Positions 12,056 to 22,102 of a stretch of 64,000 bases of DNA are shown here, piece after piece (position 1 is the stretch's first letter; every line of letters starts with the position of its first letter). The notes below the pieces were generated by a model. That model worked only from the letters and a program-made list of their open reading frames with translations, had not been told where the DNA came from and made no database searches. The position numbers were made by a program, and so were the translations under genes. This DNA comes from Accumulibacter sp. Its GTDB lineage: Bacteria; Pseudomonadota; Gammaproteobacteria; Burkholderiales; Rhodocyclaceae. Location of the stretch: NCBI GenBank assembly GCA_016788495.1, contig JAEUOM010000030.1, positions 2,959 through 66,958 on the forward strand, written 5' to 3'.

Positions 12056-13293
12056 TGCCCGCCACGCGCGAGCGCACCGTCATTCCCGTGCTCGTCGCCG
12101 GTCCCGGCGAGCCAGTGTTTCGCCGACAGCCGCCGCTGTCGCTCTACGTCCACATTCCGTGGTGCGTGCACAAGTGCCCGTACTGCGATTTCAACTCGCA
12201 TGCGCTGTCGGCCGCGGGCACAATGGCGGCTGCCCCCCCGACGCTGCCGCAGGAAGACTACCTGGCAGCCCTGATCGCCGATCTCGAGTCGGCCCTGCCA
12301 CTGGTCTGGGGTCGCCGCGTCGACAGTATCTTCATCGGCGGCGGCACGCCCAGCCTGCTCTCCGGCGAGGCGGTCGACGAGTTGCTCGCTGCCGTGCGCA
12401 GCCGCATGCCGCTGCTGCCCGGTGCCGAGATCACGCTCGAGGCCAATCCCGGAACGATGGAAAGCGGGAAGTTTGCTGCCTTCCGGGCAGCCGGCGTCAA
12501 CCGCCTTTCGCTCGGCATCCAGAGTTTCAATCGGCAGCACCTGCAGGCGCTCGGCCGCATCCACGACGAGCTCCAGGCCCGGCAGGCGATCATGGCGGCA
12601 GCCCGGCACTTCGACAATCTGAACCTCGACCTGATGTACGGCCTGCCCGGGCAGGACCTCGAACAGGCGCTGGCGGACATCGAGACGGCATTGTCGTTCG
12701 CACCGGCCCACCTCTCGTGCTATCAACTGACCATCGAAGCCCATACGGCCTTCGCCGCCAGCCCGCCGGCGCTGCCGGCGGACGATCTGTGCGCCGACAT
12801 GCAGGATGCGATCGAAGCCCGACTGGCGGCAGCCGGTTACCGGCATTACGAGACCTCGGCCTTTGCGCAACCCGGCCGCCAGTGCCAGCACAACCTCAAC
12901 TACTGGCACTTCGGCGACTATCTGGGCATCGGCGCCGGCGCGCACGGCAAGCTGACCCTGCACGACCGGATCCTGCGCCAGATGCGCTGGAAGCGACCGG
13001 ATCAGTATCTGGCGCAGGTCGCTGCCGGCACGCCGGTGCAGTACGAGTCCGCCGTCGCCGCCGCCGACCTGCCCTTCGAATTCATGCTCAATGCACTGCG
13101 CCTGATCGAAGGCTTCGACACCACACTGTTCGAGTCACGCTGTGCCCTCCCGCTGCAGCACATCCAGCCACAACTGCTGCAGGCCGAGCGCGAAGGACTG
13201 CTTGCACGACACGGGCAGCGGGTCGCCCCCACCGATCGCGGTCGACGCTTTCTCAATCGGCTGATCGAGCGTTTCCTCGTTGACCGGGATTGA
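12055..13293 (+). CDS. hemW: Radical SAM heme chaperone
   Basis: YVHIPWCVHKCPYCDFNS, GGGTPS, HNLNYW, YLGIGAGAHG. Confidence 0.93.
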   Translation: MPATRERTVIPVLVAGPGEPVFRRQPPLSLYVHIPWCVHKCPYCDFNSHALSAAGTMAAAPPTLPQEDYLAALIADLESALPLVWGRRVDSIFIGGGTPSLLSGEAVDELLAAVRSRMPLLPGAEITLEANPGTMESGKFAAFRAAGVNRLSLGIQSFNRQHLQALGRIHDELQARQAIMAAARHFDNLNLDLMYGLPGQDLEQALADIETALSFAPAHLSCYQLTIEAHTAFAASPPALPADDLCADMQDAIEARLAAAGYRHYETSAFAQPGRQCQHNLNYWHFGDYLGIGAGAHGKLTLHDRILRQMRWKRPDQYLAQVAAGTPVQYESAVAAADLPFEFMLNALRLIEGFDTTLFESRCALPLQHIQPQLLQAEREGLLARHGQRVAPTDRGRRFLNRLIERFLVDRD

Positions 13294-13421
13294 TCGTCGC
13301 CGGCCGCCGGCGCCGCGCAGGACTGCGGTGGCTACGGCTTCATCGCCTCGACCGCCTGCTGCAGTTGCTGGTGAAGCTCTTCGGCCGGCAATCCCTGCAC
13401 CTCGCGCAGGCGGATCTGCCG

Positions 13422-14483
13422 CTACAGATCGGCAACCCGCGCCGCCGCCAGGCTGCGCTCGCGTGCAGTCGCCGCCCCGCCTGCCGGCCTCCCGCCGAGC
13501 GCGGCCGACGTGCTCGCCGCTGCTGCCGGCGCACCATCGACCACCACCTGGACGCGCTCTGCGGCCGGCTGCGAACGCCGCGCCGTGATGACCATCGAGC
13601 GCGGCTGGTAGGGGCGTGGCATCGGCCGCTGCGCCAGCGGCTGCGGGCTGGCTCGACGCAGCTCGTTCACCGCGGCCCGCAAGCGCGCGTGCAGTTCCTC
13701 GCTCGGCCGCCCCTCGGCTTCGGCCGCCCGAATCTCGCGCATGATCGCTTCGACCGTCGGTGGCAGCGCGGCCGAACGGCTGGCCTCGCCAAAGCTCTCG
13801 GGTGGCGCCTTGACCGCCACGGCGAACTCCTCCGGCGAGGCAATCATCTTCGCCAGCCGCAGATGATTGTAGCGCATCGCCATCGTCAACGCGCTGTCGC
13901 CCCAGTCGCTCTGCAGGCTCGCGTTGGCGCCTGCTTCGAGCAATTCCCGCGCCAGTTCGAGGCGCCCTTCGCGCGCCGCCATCATCAGCGGCGTCGCCCC
14001 GTTCGGCGCCCGCGCATTGATGTTCGCACCCCGCGCCATGAGGTCACTGGCCACCTTGCCATGGCCGTTGAACACCGCATAGTGCAGCGCGCTCCACTGG
14101 TTCCCCTGGCGATCGAGCGGAGCGCCACGTTCGAGCAGCCATTGCACCGCCTCGAGATGGCCGCCCCAGGCCGCCAGTTGCAACGGCTGCTCACCATGGC
14201 GATTGGCCCGCCGCACATCGGCGCCGCGCTCGACGAACAGCGCCATCATCTCGATGTTGCCGTACCAGGCGGCAACCATCAGGCCGGTGCCGATGTGCGC
14301 CGCCTCGTATTCCGGATTCAGCCCCTGCTCAAGCCAGCGCCGGACCGTCCGCAGGTCGCCCCGCTCGACCGCAAACTCGAAACTGGCCGGAGAGGGTGTC
14401 GGCACCTGCGCCGCGACCGGTGCAGCCAGCAGGCAACAAATCAGCAGCAGGCAGGCACCCGGCCTGCCGATGAGCTCACTCAC
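13422..14483 (-). CDS. Secreted ankyrin-repeat protein; frame stays open past TAG to 13332
   Basis: Signal-peptide-like N-terminus, several ankyrin repeats (GATPLMMAAREG, SALHYAVFNG); GTG start after GGAGG. Confidence 0.85.
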   Translation of the reverse strand: MSELIGRPGACLLLICCLLAAPVAAQVPTPSPASFEFAVERGDLRTVRRWLEQGLNPEYEAAHIGTGLMVAAWYGNIEMMALFVERGADVRRANRHGEQPLQLAAWGGHLEAVQWLLERGAPLDRQGNQWSALHYAVFNGHGKVASDLMARGANINARAPNGATPLMMAAREGRLELARELLEAGANASLQSDWGDSALTMAMRYNHLRLAKMIASPEEFAVAVKAPPESFGEASRSAALPPTVEAIMREIRAAEAEGRPSEELHARLRAAVNELRRASPQPLAQRPMPRPYQPRSMVITARRSQPAAERVQVVVDGAPAAAASTSAALGGRPAGGAATARERSLAAARVADL

Positions 14484-14572
14484 GTTCCATTCCTCCACCC
14501 GCTCTCGATCACGCCAGGCCGCCGCATCTCGCGGTGCCACCACCGGCAGTTTTGGTTCACAATGTCAGGCTC

Positions 14573-15088
14573 ATGTCGTTTCAGCTGCTTGCCGCCCTTG
14601 CCATCTCGCTCCTCCTGCACGCCGCTGTGCTGTGGTGGAACGTCGTCGAATTCCGGCCACCGCCGACACCGCGGCTGCAGGCTTGGCTGCCGCCGCTCAT
14701 CCGGCCGGCCCCCGCCAGCGACGAGCCACTGCTGAAGAACACCCTGTCCAGCGAGCCGTCGCCGGCGGCAGCCACACCGCCACCGCGCCCGGCCACGGCA
14801 GCGGCTACGACGAGGGCGATGGCGCGCCGTCAGATCGAGGCAGCGCAACGCAAACTCTCGCAACACCTCTACTATCCACCCGAAGCCGTCGCTCGTGGCA
14901 TCGAGGGCGAGGTTCGCCTGCTCCTGCGGCTGGCCGACGATGGCAGCATCGTCGACGTCCAGCTCGCCGCCAGCAGTGGCCACGCCATCCTCGACCAGGC
15001 GGCGGTGAAGGCGGCGTACGCCATGGGTCGAGCCAACTGGGCGCAGTCACGCGAGCTGATCCTGCCGGTGATCTTCCGCCTGCAGTGA
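14573..15088 (+). CDS. TonB C-terminal domain protein (energy transducer TonB family)
   Basis: SLLLH TM motif, Pro-rich linker, [25 protein letters not shown]. Confidence 0.85.
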   Translation: MSFQLLAALAISLLLHAAVLWWNVVEFRPPPTPRLQAWLPPLIRPAPASDEPLLKNTLSSEPSPAAATPPPRPATAAATTRAMARRQIEAAQRKLSQHLYYPPEAVARGIEGEVRLLLRLADDGSIVDVQLAASSGHAILDQAAVKAAYAMGRANWAQSRELILPVIFRLQ

Positions 15089-15790
15089 ATCCGGCCGCCG
15101 ACGAAAGAGCAGATCCCACACGCCATGCCCCAGACGCAGGCCACGCTCCTCGAAGCGGGTCGGCTGACGATGGGCGGAACGCGGCGCAAAACCGGCAGCG
15201 GTATTCTCCAGCAGGCTCTCGGCCGACAGGACGGCCAGCATCTGCTGCGCGTACTCCTCCCAATCGGTGGCGCAGTGGATGTAGGCGCCGGGACGCAGGC
15301 GACTGACGAGCAGCGCCACGAACGTCGGCTGCAGCAGGCGCCGCTTGTGATGGCGCGTCTTCGGCCAGGGATCGGGAAAGAAGATGTGCGCCCCGTCGAG
15401 CGAGGCCGGCAACAGCATGTCGCGCAACACCTCGACCGCGTCGTGCTGGACGATGCGCAGGTTCGTCAGCCCCATTTCGGCGACCAGCTTGCACAGGCTG
15501 CCGACCCCCGGCGTATGCACTTCGACGCCGAGATAGTCGGTCTCCGGATGGGCGGCGGCGATCGCCGCCGAGGTTTCGCCCATGCCGAAACCGATCTCGA
15601 GGATGCGGGCGGCCTGACGCCCGAACAGCTGGTCGAGGTCGACCGCGGTCGCGCGATAGGGAACACCGATGCGCGTCATCATCTGCTCATGGTAGCGCTG
15701 CTGGGCGTTCGACACGCGTCCCTGCCGGCGCACGAAACTGCGGATGTGCGCCGCGCGACCTGCGCGCTCCACCGTCTCGCCACCAGCCAT
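15047..15790 (-). CDS. trmB: tRNA (guanine-N7)-methyltransferase
   Basis: [41 protein letters not shown]. Confidence 0.96.
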   Translation of the reverse strand: MAGGETVERAGRAAHIRSFVRRQGRVSNAQQRYHEQMMTRIGVPYRATAVDLDQLFGRQAARILEIGFGMGETSAAIAAAHPETDYLGVEVHTPGVGSLCKLVAEMGLTNLRIVQHDAVEVLRDMLLPASLDGAHIFFPDPWPKTRHHKRRLLQPTFVALLVSRLRPGAYIHCATDWEEYAQQMLAVLSAESLLENTAAGFAPRSAHRQPTRFEERGLRLGHGVWDLLFRRRPDSLQAEDHRQDQLA

Positions 15791-15792
15791 GG

Positions 15793-16587
15793 CTAGGAGC
15801 CAATCAGTCCGGTCGTCGGTGACGAGGGGTCCGCCGAGTAATGTTTGCGCACCATGCGTCCGGCAAGGAAGGCCTCGCGCCCGGCCTCGACCGCCTTCTT
15901 CATCGCACTCGCCATCAGCACCGGGTCACGCGCATGCGCGATGGCGGTGTTCATCAGCACGCCGTCACAGCCGAGTTCCATGGCGATCGCCGCATCCGAT
16001 GCGGTACCGACGCCGGCATCGACCAGCACGGGAACCTTCGCACCGTCGATGATCAGGCGCAGGTTCCACGGATTGACGATGCCCATGCCGGAACCGATCA
16101 ACGACGCCAGTGGCATCACTGCGACACAACCGATATCCTCGAGCATGCGCGCCTGGATCGGATCGTCGGTACAGTAGACCATCACCTCGAAGCCCTCGCT
16201 GACGAGCGTCCGTGCGGCCTGCAGCGTTTCCGGCATGTTCGGGAAGAGACTCGCGGGATCACCCAGGACCTCGAGCTTGCACAGCGCGTGCCCATCGAGC
16301 AGTTCGCGCGCGAGGCGCAGGGTGCGCACGGCATCCGCCGCCGTGTAGCAGCCGGCGGTATTCGGCAGGATGGTGAACTGCGACGGCGGCAGCACGTCGA
16401 GCAGGTTCGGCTCGCCGGCATTCTGGCCGATGTTGGTGCGGCGGATGGCAACGGTGATGATCTCGGCGCCGGCGGCATCGATCGCTGCCCGTGTCTCGGC
16501 AAAATCCTTGTACTTGCCGGTGCCGACGAGCAGACGCGAGCGGTAGGTCCGGCCAGCGACCGTCAGGCTATGGGGTGAAGGTTGCAT
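15793..16587 (-). CDS. thiG: Thiazole synthase
   Basis: [41 protein letters not shown]. Confidence 0.96.
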   Translation of the reverse strand: MQPSPHSLTVAGRTYRSRLLVGTGKYKDFAETRAAIDAAGAEIITVAIRRTNIGQNAGEPNLLDVLPPSQFTILPNTAGCYTAADAVRTLRLARELLDGHALCKLEVLGDPASLFPNMPETLQAARTLVSEGFEVMVYCTDDPIQARMLEDIGCVAVMPLASLIGSGMGIVNPWNLRLIIDGAKVPVLVDAGVGTASDAAIAMELGCDGVLMNTAIAHARDPVLMASAMKKAVEAGREAFLAGRMVRKHYSADPSSPTTGLIGS

Positions 16588-16611
16588 GGGTCTTTCGCTT
16601 GTTGATGAGAC

Positions 16612-16812
16612 TCAGCCGCCGCCGACGGCCACCACGATCTCGATCCGATCGCCGTCGGCTAGCGCGGTTTCGGCATGCAAGCCACGCGGAACGATCTCGC
16701 CGTTGCGCTCGACCGCGATCCGCTTGCCGCCGTGCTCGAGTGCAACGACGAGTTCGGCGACCGTCAGCGACGAGGAAAAGCGGCGGCTTTCGCCGTTGAT
16801 CAGAAGTTCCAT
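16612..16812 (-). CDS. thiS: Sulfur carrier protein
   Basis: 66 aa, [12 protein letters not shown]-terminal VGGG. Confidence 0.95.
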   Translation of the reverse strand: MELLINGESRRFSSSLTVAELVVALEHGGKRIAVERNGEIVPRGLHAETALADGDRIEIVVAVGGG

Positions 16813-16934
16813 AGGAGGCGAATTCTAGCACGCCGCCCGCGCAGAACCGCCGTTACCAACGACCGACGGGGGTCGGCGGGCGCCGCCCGCAGAAGACAGG
16901 CCGGCGATCAGCCGGGCGGGTGCCTTTGTCGGCG

Positions 16935-19229
16935 CTAGGCAGGCTCGAACGGTTGCGCGAGCACGATCCGGAAGCCGATGTCGCCGTCGCGTTCATCGGG
17001 CGGGAAGGCCTCGCGCCTGCCGCAGCGCAGATCGCCCGGAAAATCGAGCCACGATCCGCCGCGCAGGGCGCGTGGCCGATTGCCGCCGATCTGCGTATTG
17101 CTCGGCACGTCATACTCGTTGAGGCACCACTCCCAGACGTTGCCGGCAAGATCGTCGACACCGCCGGCCGCGGCACCGAGCGGATACATGCCGACGGCAA
17201 CGGTACGGCCGATACCGCTCTCGTGACTGTTGGCGCGTGCCGACAGCCAATCGTCACCCCAAGGGTAGCGGTGATGAGTGGCACCACCCTGGGCAATCCA
17301 CTGCCACTCCCACTCGGTCGGCAGGCGCACCACCTGCGCTCCCCCCAGGCGCCAACGCGCGCTGAGCCAGCGACAGAAGGCAATCGCATCGGCCCAGCAG
17401 ACGTTGATCGCCGGGTAGTTGTTGCCAGCCCAACGTGCCTCGCCGGGCTGCTTTCGCTGCACCAGCCGGCGCCACCAGCGGCGGTCATGATAGCCATCGG
17501 CGGCGGTGACGAAGGCGCCGTACTGCTGCCAGGTGACCGGGTAGCGCGCCACGCGCAGGCGGTCGACGGCCAAGCGATGGTGCGCCAGCCCTTCGATCTC
17601 GACCTCGCCGGCAGCGATATCGATCCAGGCGATGTCCGGCAGGCCGTCGGCGGCAAGGCCGACACCACGCCGAGGATCAGCCATCTGATTGAGGCGCAGG
17701 CCGATTTCCTCACGGCGCTCCTGCGCCGTGCCGTCGACCGCCAGCTCGTCGAGGAGTGCCAGCGGTTCCGGCCGCAGGAAGCTGTGCAGGTACTTCTCCA
17801 TGCCAGCGGCAAGTCCGCGCCAGGCGGCGATGCCGGCGTCGCCGAAGTCGGTGCCGGCGGGAGGCAGCGGACGGTGGGCGAGCTCGTGCAGAGCCAGCAA
17901 TGCGGGTCGCTGCTGTTCCCAGCGCCAACGCCCGGCGCATCCCTCGAGGCTGCCGCCGGCCGCTTGCTCGCGGTCGCTCTGCTCGGCCATCCGGCGCCAG
18001 TCGCGTGCAGCCTGCTTGACCTGTCGCCGCAGCGCCAGGCTGTCGCGATGGCGCGCACACCACTGGCGCAGGCGCGGCCAGTGGCTGAGCAGCGTCTCGT
18101 GCGCCAGCTCGATGTGGCGGTCATCGCCATCGACGAGGAAACCCTGCCGGCGCAGCAGGTCCACCAGGCGCGCCAGCGGCGGATCGTTGCGCAGCGCCGC
18201 GACGTCGAAGATGCGGCGGGTCGGCAACTGGTCGATCACCGTCGCCAGTTCGGCGAACAGCCGCGGGCACGCCGCGTCCAGCTCGCCATCCTCCTCGATC
18301 AGCCTATCGATGTCGGCAGCGACACTTCCAATGGCGCTGGCCAAGCCGCCGATTCGCCGATACGCGGCCAGCGTCAGCCCGTGTTCGGGGTGGCGCTGCT
18401 CGTAGAGCCGTTCGAGGGTCAGCGCGATCAGTGGCAATGCGCCCCGGGCAGCGATTGCCGCCGGCAACAGTGCTGCCAGCAGCTCCGGCTGCACCGGGAC
18501 ACCCAGCGCGGTCGCCGGGCCGGTGATGATCGCCCGCAGCGCCGTCTCGCTGGTGATCGGGCCGAGGACGAGCAGCGAAGCACGCAGAAGATCCTCGCCG
18601 AGCCATTCCAGCAGACGCGCCGTGAACTCGCTGCGCAGGGTCAGCACGATGTGCAGCGTATCGATGGCTAACAGCGAATCGAGCAGGACACGGAACCCAC
18701 GTGCACTCGCTGGCGGGGTACAGATGAACAACTCCTCGAACTGGTCGAGCAGCAAGAGTGCCGGCTGCGGCATCTGCCGCAACGCCGCCGTGATCGCCGG
18801 TGCCAGGTGCTCCTCGCCGACGACCGACCGTTCGTGCTCGAGCAGCGCTGCCCGCAGCTCGACGCGTGCCGCCAGGGGTCCGGATCGCAAGAGCAGTTCC
18901 GCCAGTTGCCGAAACGGGCTCGACTGCGGCTCACATGGCAGGTAAGCGAAACCACCTGGCCGCTCGGCCAGCCTGGCGACGACACCGGCGGCGACCAGCG
19001 AGGACTTGCCGGTGCCGGAGCGGCCGACGATACTGACCAGGCGACTCGCGGTCAACCGCTCGAGTACGCGCTCGGTGTCGCGCTCGCGACCGAAGAAGAA
19101 GCGGTGCCCGGCGGGCCTGAAAGCGGCCAGACCCGGATAGGGATTGACGACACCATCCGTGGCAGGCGCGCCCCCGACCACAGGCCCCTTGCCAGCCGCC
19201 CCGCCCGGCGTCTCCCGCGCCACGATCAT
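16935..19229 (-). CDS. STAND (nSTAND1-like) NTPase with C-terminal FGE-sulfatase (SUMF1-like) domain
   Basis: NPYPGLAAF..FFGRE, GRSGTGKSS, LLDQFEELF, ALPL, AHETLLSHWPRL, RLPTEWEW, DLAGNVWEW, RGGSW, IGFR; start uncertain. Confidence 0.85.
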   Translation of the reverse strand: MIVARETPGGAAGKGPVVGGAPATDGVVNPYPGLAAFRPAGHRFFFGRERDTERVLERLTASRLVSIVGRSGTGKSSLVAAGVVARLAERPGGFAYLPCEPQSSPFRQLAELLLRSGPLAARVELRAALLEHERSVVGEEHLAPAITAALRQMPQPALLLLDQFEELFICTPPASARGFRVLLDSLLAIDTLHIVLTLRSEFTARLLEWLGEDLLRASLLVLGPITSETALRAIITGPATALGVPVQPELLAALLPAAIAARGALPLIALTLERLYEQRHPEHGLTLAAYRRIGGLASAIGSVAADIDRLIEEDGELDAACPRLFAELATVIDQLPTRRIFDVAALRNDPPLARLVDLLRRQGFLVDGDDRHIELAHETLLSHWPRLRQWCARHRDSLALRRQVKQAARDWRRMAEQSDREQAAGGSLEGCAGRWRWEQQRPALLALHELAHRPLPPAGTDFGDAGIAAWRGLAAGMEKYLHSFLRPEPLALLDELAVDGTAQERREEIGLRLNQMADPRRGVGLAADGLPDIAWIDIAAGEVEIEGLAHHRLAVDRLRVARYPVTWQQYGAFVTAADGYHDRRWWRRLVQRKQPGEARWAGNNYPAINVCWADAIAFCRWLSARWRLGGAQVVRLPTEWEWQWIAQGGATHHRYPWGDDWLSARANSHESGIGRTVAVGMYPLGAAAGGVDDLAGNVWEWCLNEYDVPSNTQIGGNRPRALRGGSWLDFPGDLRCGRREAFPPDERDGDIGFRIVLAQPFEPA

Positions 19230-19454
19230 CGCAGGCCCCGCTGCCCAGGCTGCGAATCGATTCCCTGCTGCCCGCTCATCCCATTCCGCCTGCCGCTCGA
19301 CCACTCGGGCACCATTGTACGGAGCTCGGCCCCGGCTGGCCAGCCTGGACGGCCGCCGATCGCCCCCGCAACCGGCGCCGCGCCGAAGCCGCTGGCAAGG
19401 GGAATGTGGAATATGTCCTTCGCCTCCCCGACCGGCCGTCGCTAGAATCGTTGC

Positions 19455-19697
19455 ATGTCCAGACAGATCCCGCCCGCCACACCTGAAATCAACCGCCTGC
19501 GTGCCGCGGCCGCGCTCATTCCGATTATCGAGCAAGGGCTGGAGGTATCCCGATTCTCTGTCGAACGAGCGGCGCTGATGGCATCCTTCTGCGAATGGAC
19601 CGCGCACCGGCCGTACGATGATCCCGAGGCGATCCGCTTGGCGGAACGAGTGCGCCACGGACTGCAGCGCATCAAGCTGCCGCTCGCTGCACGCTGA
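19455..19697 (+). CDS. Small hypothetical protein (80 aa)
   Basis: Protein-like helical sequence; TAGAAT 6 nt upstream of ATG. Confidence 0.7.
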   Translation: MSRQIPPATPEINRLRAAAALIPIIEQGLEVSRFSVERAALMASFCEWTAHRPYDDPEAIRLAERVRHGLQRIKLPLAAR

Positions 19698-19792
19698 GGG
19701 CAACCGCCGACGGGCGCCGGCGCCGGCAGGCCGGACGCAACCGTCGGCAGCGGGGCTTGGTGACCCCCCGGCAGCGCCGTGCAGGCCGGCCC

Positions 19793-20944
19793 TCAGGCTA
19801 CCGCCGTCGCTTCCGGACGAGTCAGCAGTTCGAGGGCATCGGCGAGATTGCGTACCGTGCGGTCGGGGTTGTGCAGCTTCTCGAGCCCGAAGAGACCGAT
19901 GCGGAAACTGCTGAAATCGGCCGGCTCGTCGCACTGCAGCGGTACGCCGGCCGCGGTCTGCAGCCCGATGGCGACGAAGCGGCGGCCCGACTGGATCTCG
20001 GGATCATCCGTATAGCTGACGACGACCCCAGGTGCCTGGAAACCCTCGGCGGCAACGCTCGCGAAGCCCTTGCCGGCAAGCAGCGCGCGGACGCGCAGGC
20101 CGACCTCCTGTTGCTCCTGGCGGACGCGCTCGAAACCGTAGTTCTCGGTTTCGCGCATGACATCGCGCAGCGCCGCCAGGGCGTCGGTCGGCATGGTGGC
20201 GTGGTAGGCATGGCCACCATTCTCGTAGGTCTCCATGATCTGCATCCACTTCTTCAGGTCGCAGGCGAAGCTACTGCTGCTCGTGGCGTCGATGCGGGCG
20301 CGCGCGCGCTCGCCGAGCACAACCAGTGCGCAGCAGGGGATACCGCTCCAGCCCTTTTGCGGTGCGCTGATCAGGATGTCGACGTGGTGCGTGACCATGT
20401 CCACCCAGATCGCTCCGGAAGCCACGCAGTCGAGCACGAACAGCCCGTCGACGGCGCGCACCGCCTCGCCGACCGCACGCAGGTAGTCGCCCGGAAGGAT
20501 CATTCCCGACGCCGTTTCGACATGCGGCGCGAAGACGAGGTCCGGCTTCTCTTCCAGAATGCGCGCAACGACCTCATCGATCGGCGGCGGAACGAATGGC
20601 GCGTGCTTCCCGTCGCCGACGCGGCGTGCCTGGAGAACGATGCTCGCCGAGGGAATATGCCCCATGTCGAGGATCTGCGTCCAGCGGAAGCTGAACCAGC
20701 CATTGCGGATGATCAGGCACTTGCGACCGGTGGCAAACTGCCGTGCGACGGCTTCCATGCCGAAGGTTCCGCTGCCGGGCACGACGACCGCCGTCGTGCC
20801 GTTGTAGACCGTCTTGAGGATCCGCGCGATATCGCGCATGACCCCCTGAAAACGCTGCGACATGTGGTTGAGGGATCGGTCGGTATAGACCACCGAGTAT
20901 TCGAGCAGACCCTCTGGATCGGGTTGGGGCAGCAGTGCGGGCAC
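19793..20944 (-). CDS. Class V PLP aminotransferase (alanine-glyoxylate aminotransferase family)
   Basis: GLLEYSVVYTDRSLNHMS, GSGTFGMEA, HVETASG, SAPQKGW; GTG start after GGAG. Confidence 0.9.
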   Translation of the reverse strand: MPALLPQPDPEGLLEYSVVYTDRSLNHMSQRFQGVMRDIARILKTVYNGTTAVVVPGSGTFGMEAVARQFATGRKCLIIRNGWFSFRWTQILDMGHIPSASIVLQARRVGDGKHAPFVPPPIDEVVARILEEKPDLVFAPHVETASGMILPGDYLRAVGEAVRAVDGLFVLDCVASGAIWVDMVTHHVDILISAPQKGWSGIPCCALVVLGERARARIDATSSSSFACDLKKWMQIMETYENGGHAYHATMPTDALAALRDVMRETENYGFERVRQEQQEVGLRVRALLAGKGFASVAAEGFQAPGVVVSYTDDPEIQSGRRFVAIGLQTAAGVPLQCDEPADFSSFRIGLFGLEKLHNPDRTVRNLADALELLTRPEATAVA

Positions 20945-21139
20945 GATTGTCTCCAGTTCTCTGGTTGGGTTTGTTGATTGCGGCTGACGAAGGAGCGCGA
21001 GCATAACGCCAAGTCCGTCCCCGGCGCCAGTCGGCAGCCGCCGGCACCCCGGGGCAAGCGCAAATCCTCTAGAATTCGCCCATCGCCAATCGTCGCTGCC
21101 GCCAGCGCAACGGCCGCGCCAACCACACCGGAAACGCCC

Positions 21140-22096
21140 ATGGCCGGAGCCAGCCTGCTCGCCCTGATCGATGACATTGCCAGCGTCCTCGACGATGTCG
21201 CCCTGATGACCAAGGTGGCAGCGAAGAAGACCGCCGGGGTCCTCGGCGACGACCTGGCGCTGAACGCGCAGCAGGTTTCCGGAGTGCGTGCCGAGCGCGA
21301 ATTGCCGGTCGTCTGGGCAGTTGCCGTCGGTTCCCTGAAGAACAAGCTGATCCTGGTGCCGGCCGCCCTGGCGATCAGCCGCTTCATGCCTTGGGCGGTG
21401 ACGCCGCTGCTCATGCTGGGCGGCCTGTACCTGTGCCTCGAAGGGGTCGAGAAGCTGACGCACAAGTGGTTGCACCAGGCACCGGACGACCGTGCGCATG
21501 CCCCCAACCTGGCGGCTCCTGCCGACGGCGAGACCGACCTGCAGGTTCTCGAGGCCGACAGGATCCGGGGCGCCATACGCACGGACTTCGTCCTCTCCGC
21601 CGAGATCGTCGTCATCGCCCTCGGAACCGTCGCAGAGCAGCCGTTTGCGACACAGGTCGCGGTGCTGTCGGGAATCGGGCTGCTGATGACCGTCGGTGTC
21701 TACGGCATCGTCGCCGGCATCGTCAAACTGGACGACCTCGGCTTGCACCTGCTCAAGCGACCGGGCCTGCTGGCGCAGGCGATCGGCAAGGGGCTGCTGC
21801 TGGCAGCGCCGCGGCTGATGCGTGCACTGACGGTGATCGGCACGGCGGCGATGTTCCTCGTCGGCGGCGGCATCCTGACGCACGGCATCGCGCCGCTGCA
21901 CCACGCCATCGAGCATGCGGCGGCGCTGGCGGGCGAAGTCGCGCTGGCCGGCGGCGTACTCAAGCTGCTGGCGTCGGCCATGCTCGACGCTCTCGTGGGC
22001 ATCGTCGCGGGCAGCCTGGCGTTGCTCGGGCTGAAGACCCTCGCCGCAGCGCGGACGGCGATCGGCGGCGCCGGCAGGATACCGCCGCCCGCCTGA
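21140..22096 (+). CDS. DUF808 family membrane protein (YedI-like)
   Basis: LLALIDDIA, KTAGVLGDDLALNA, GAIRTDFVLSAEI, VYGIVAGIVKLDD. Confidence 0.9.
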   Translation: MAGASLLALIDDIASVLDDVALMTKVAAKKTAGVLGDDLALNAQQVSGVRAERELPVVWAVAVGSLKNKLILVPAALAISRFMPWAVTPLLMLGGLYLCLEGVEKLTHKWLHQAPDDRAHAPNLAAPADGETDLQVLEADRIRGAIRTDFVLSAEIVVIALGTVAEQPFATQVAVLSGIGLLMTVGVYGIVAGIVKLDDLGLHLLKRPGLLAQAIGKGLLLAAPRLMRALTVIGTAAMFLVGGGILTHGIAPLHHAIEHAAALAGEVALAGGVLKLLASAMLDALVGIVAGSLALLGLKTLAAARTAIGGAGRIPPPA

Positions 22097-22102
22097 ACTC
22101 GC

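Noticed and set aside
13422-13424. Pyrrolysine or genome-wide amber recoding
   Set aside because: TAG is the normal stop of icd, rpmE, thiG and others here; no pyl genes in the window
16813-16934. TPP riboswitch upstream of thiS-thiG
   Set aside because: No CTGAGA core; a -10 element lies 9 nt from the ATG; thiS-thiG-trmB linkage is common
19793-21916. 707-aa ORF as a long aminotransferase
   Set aside because: The upstream part is antisense to the DUF808 gene; GTG 20944 with RBS gives the usual family length
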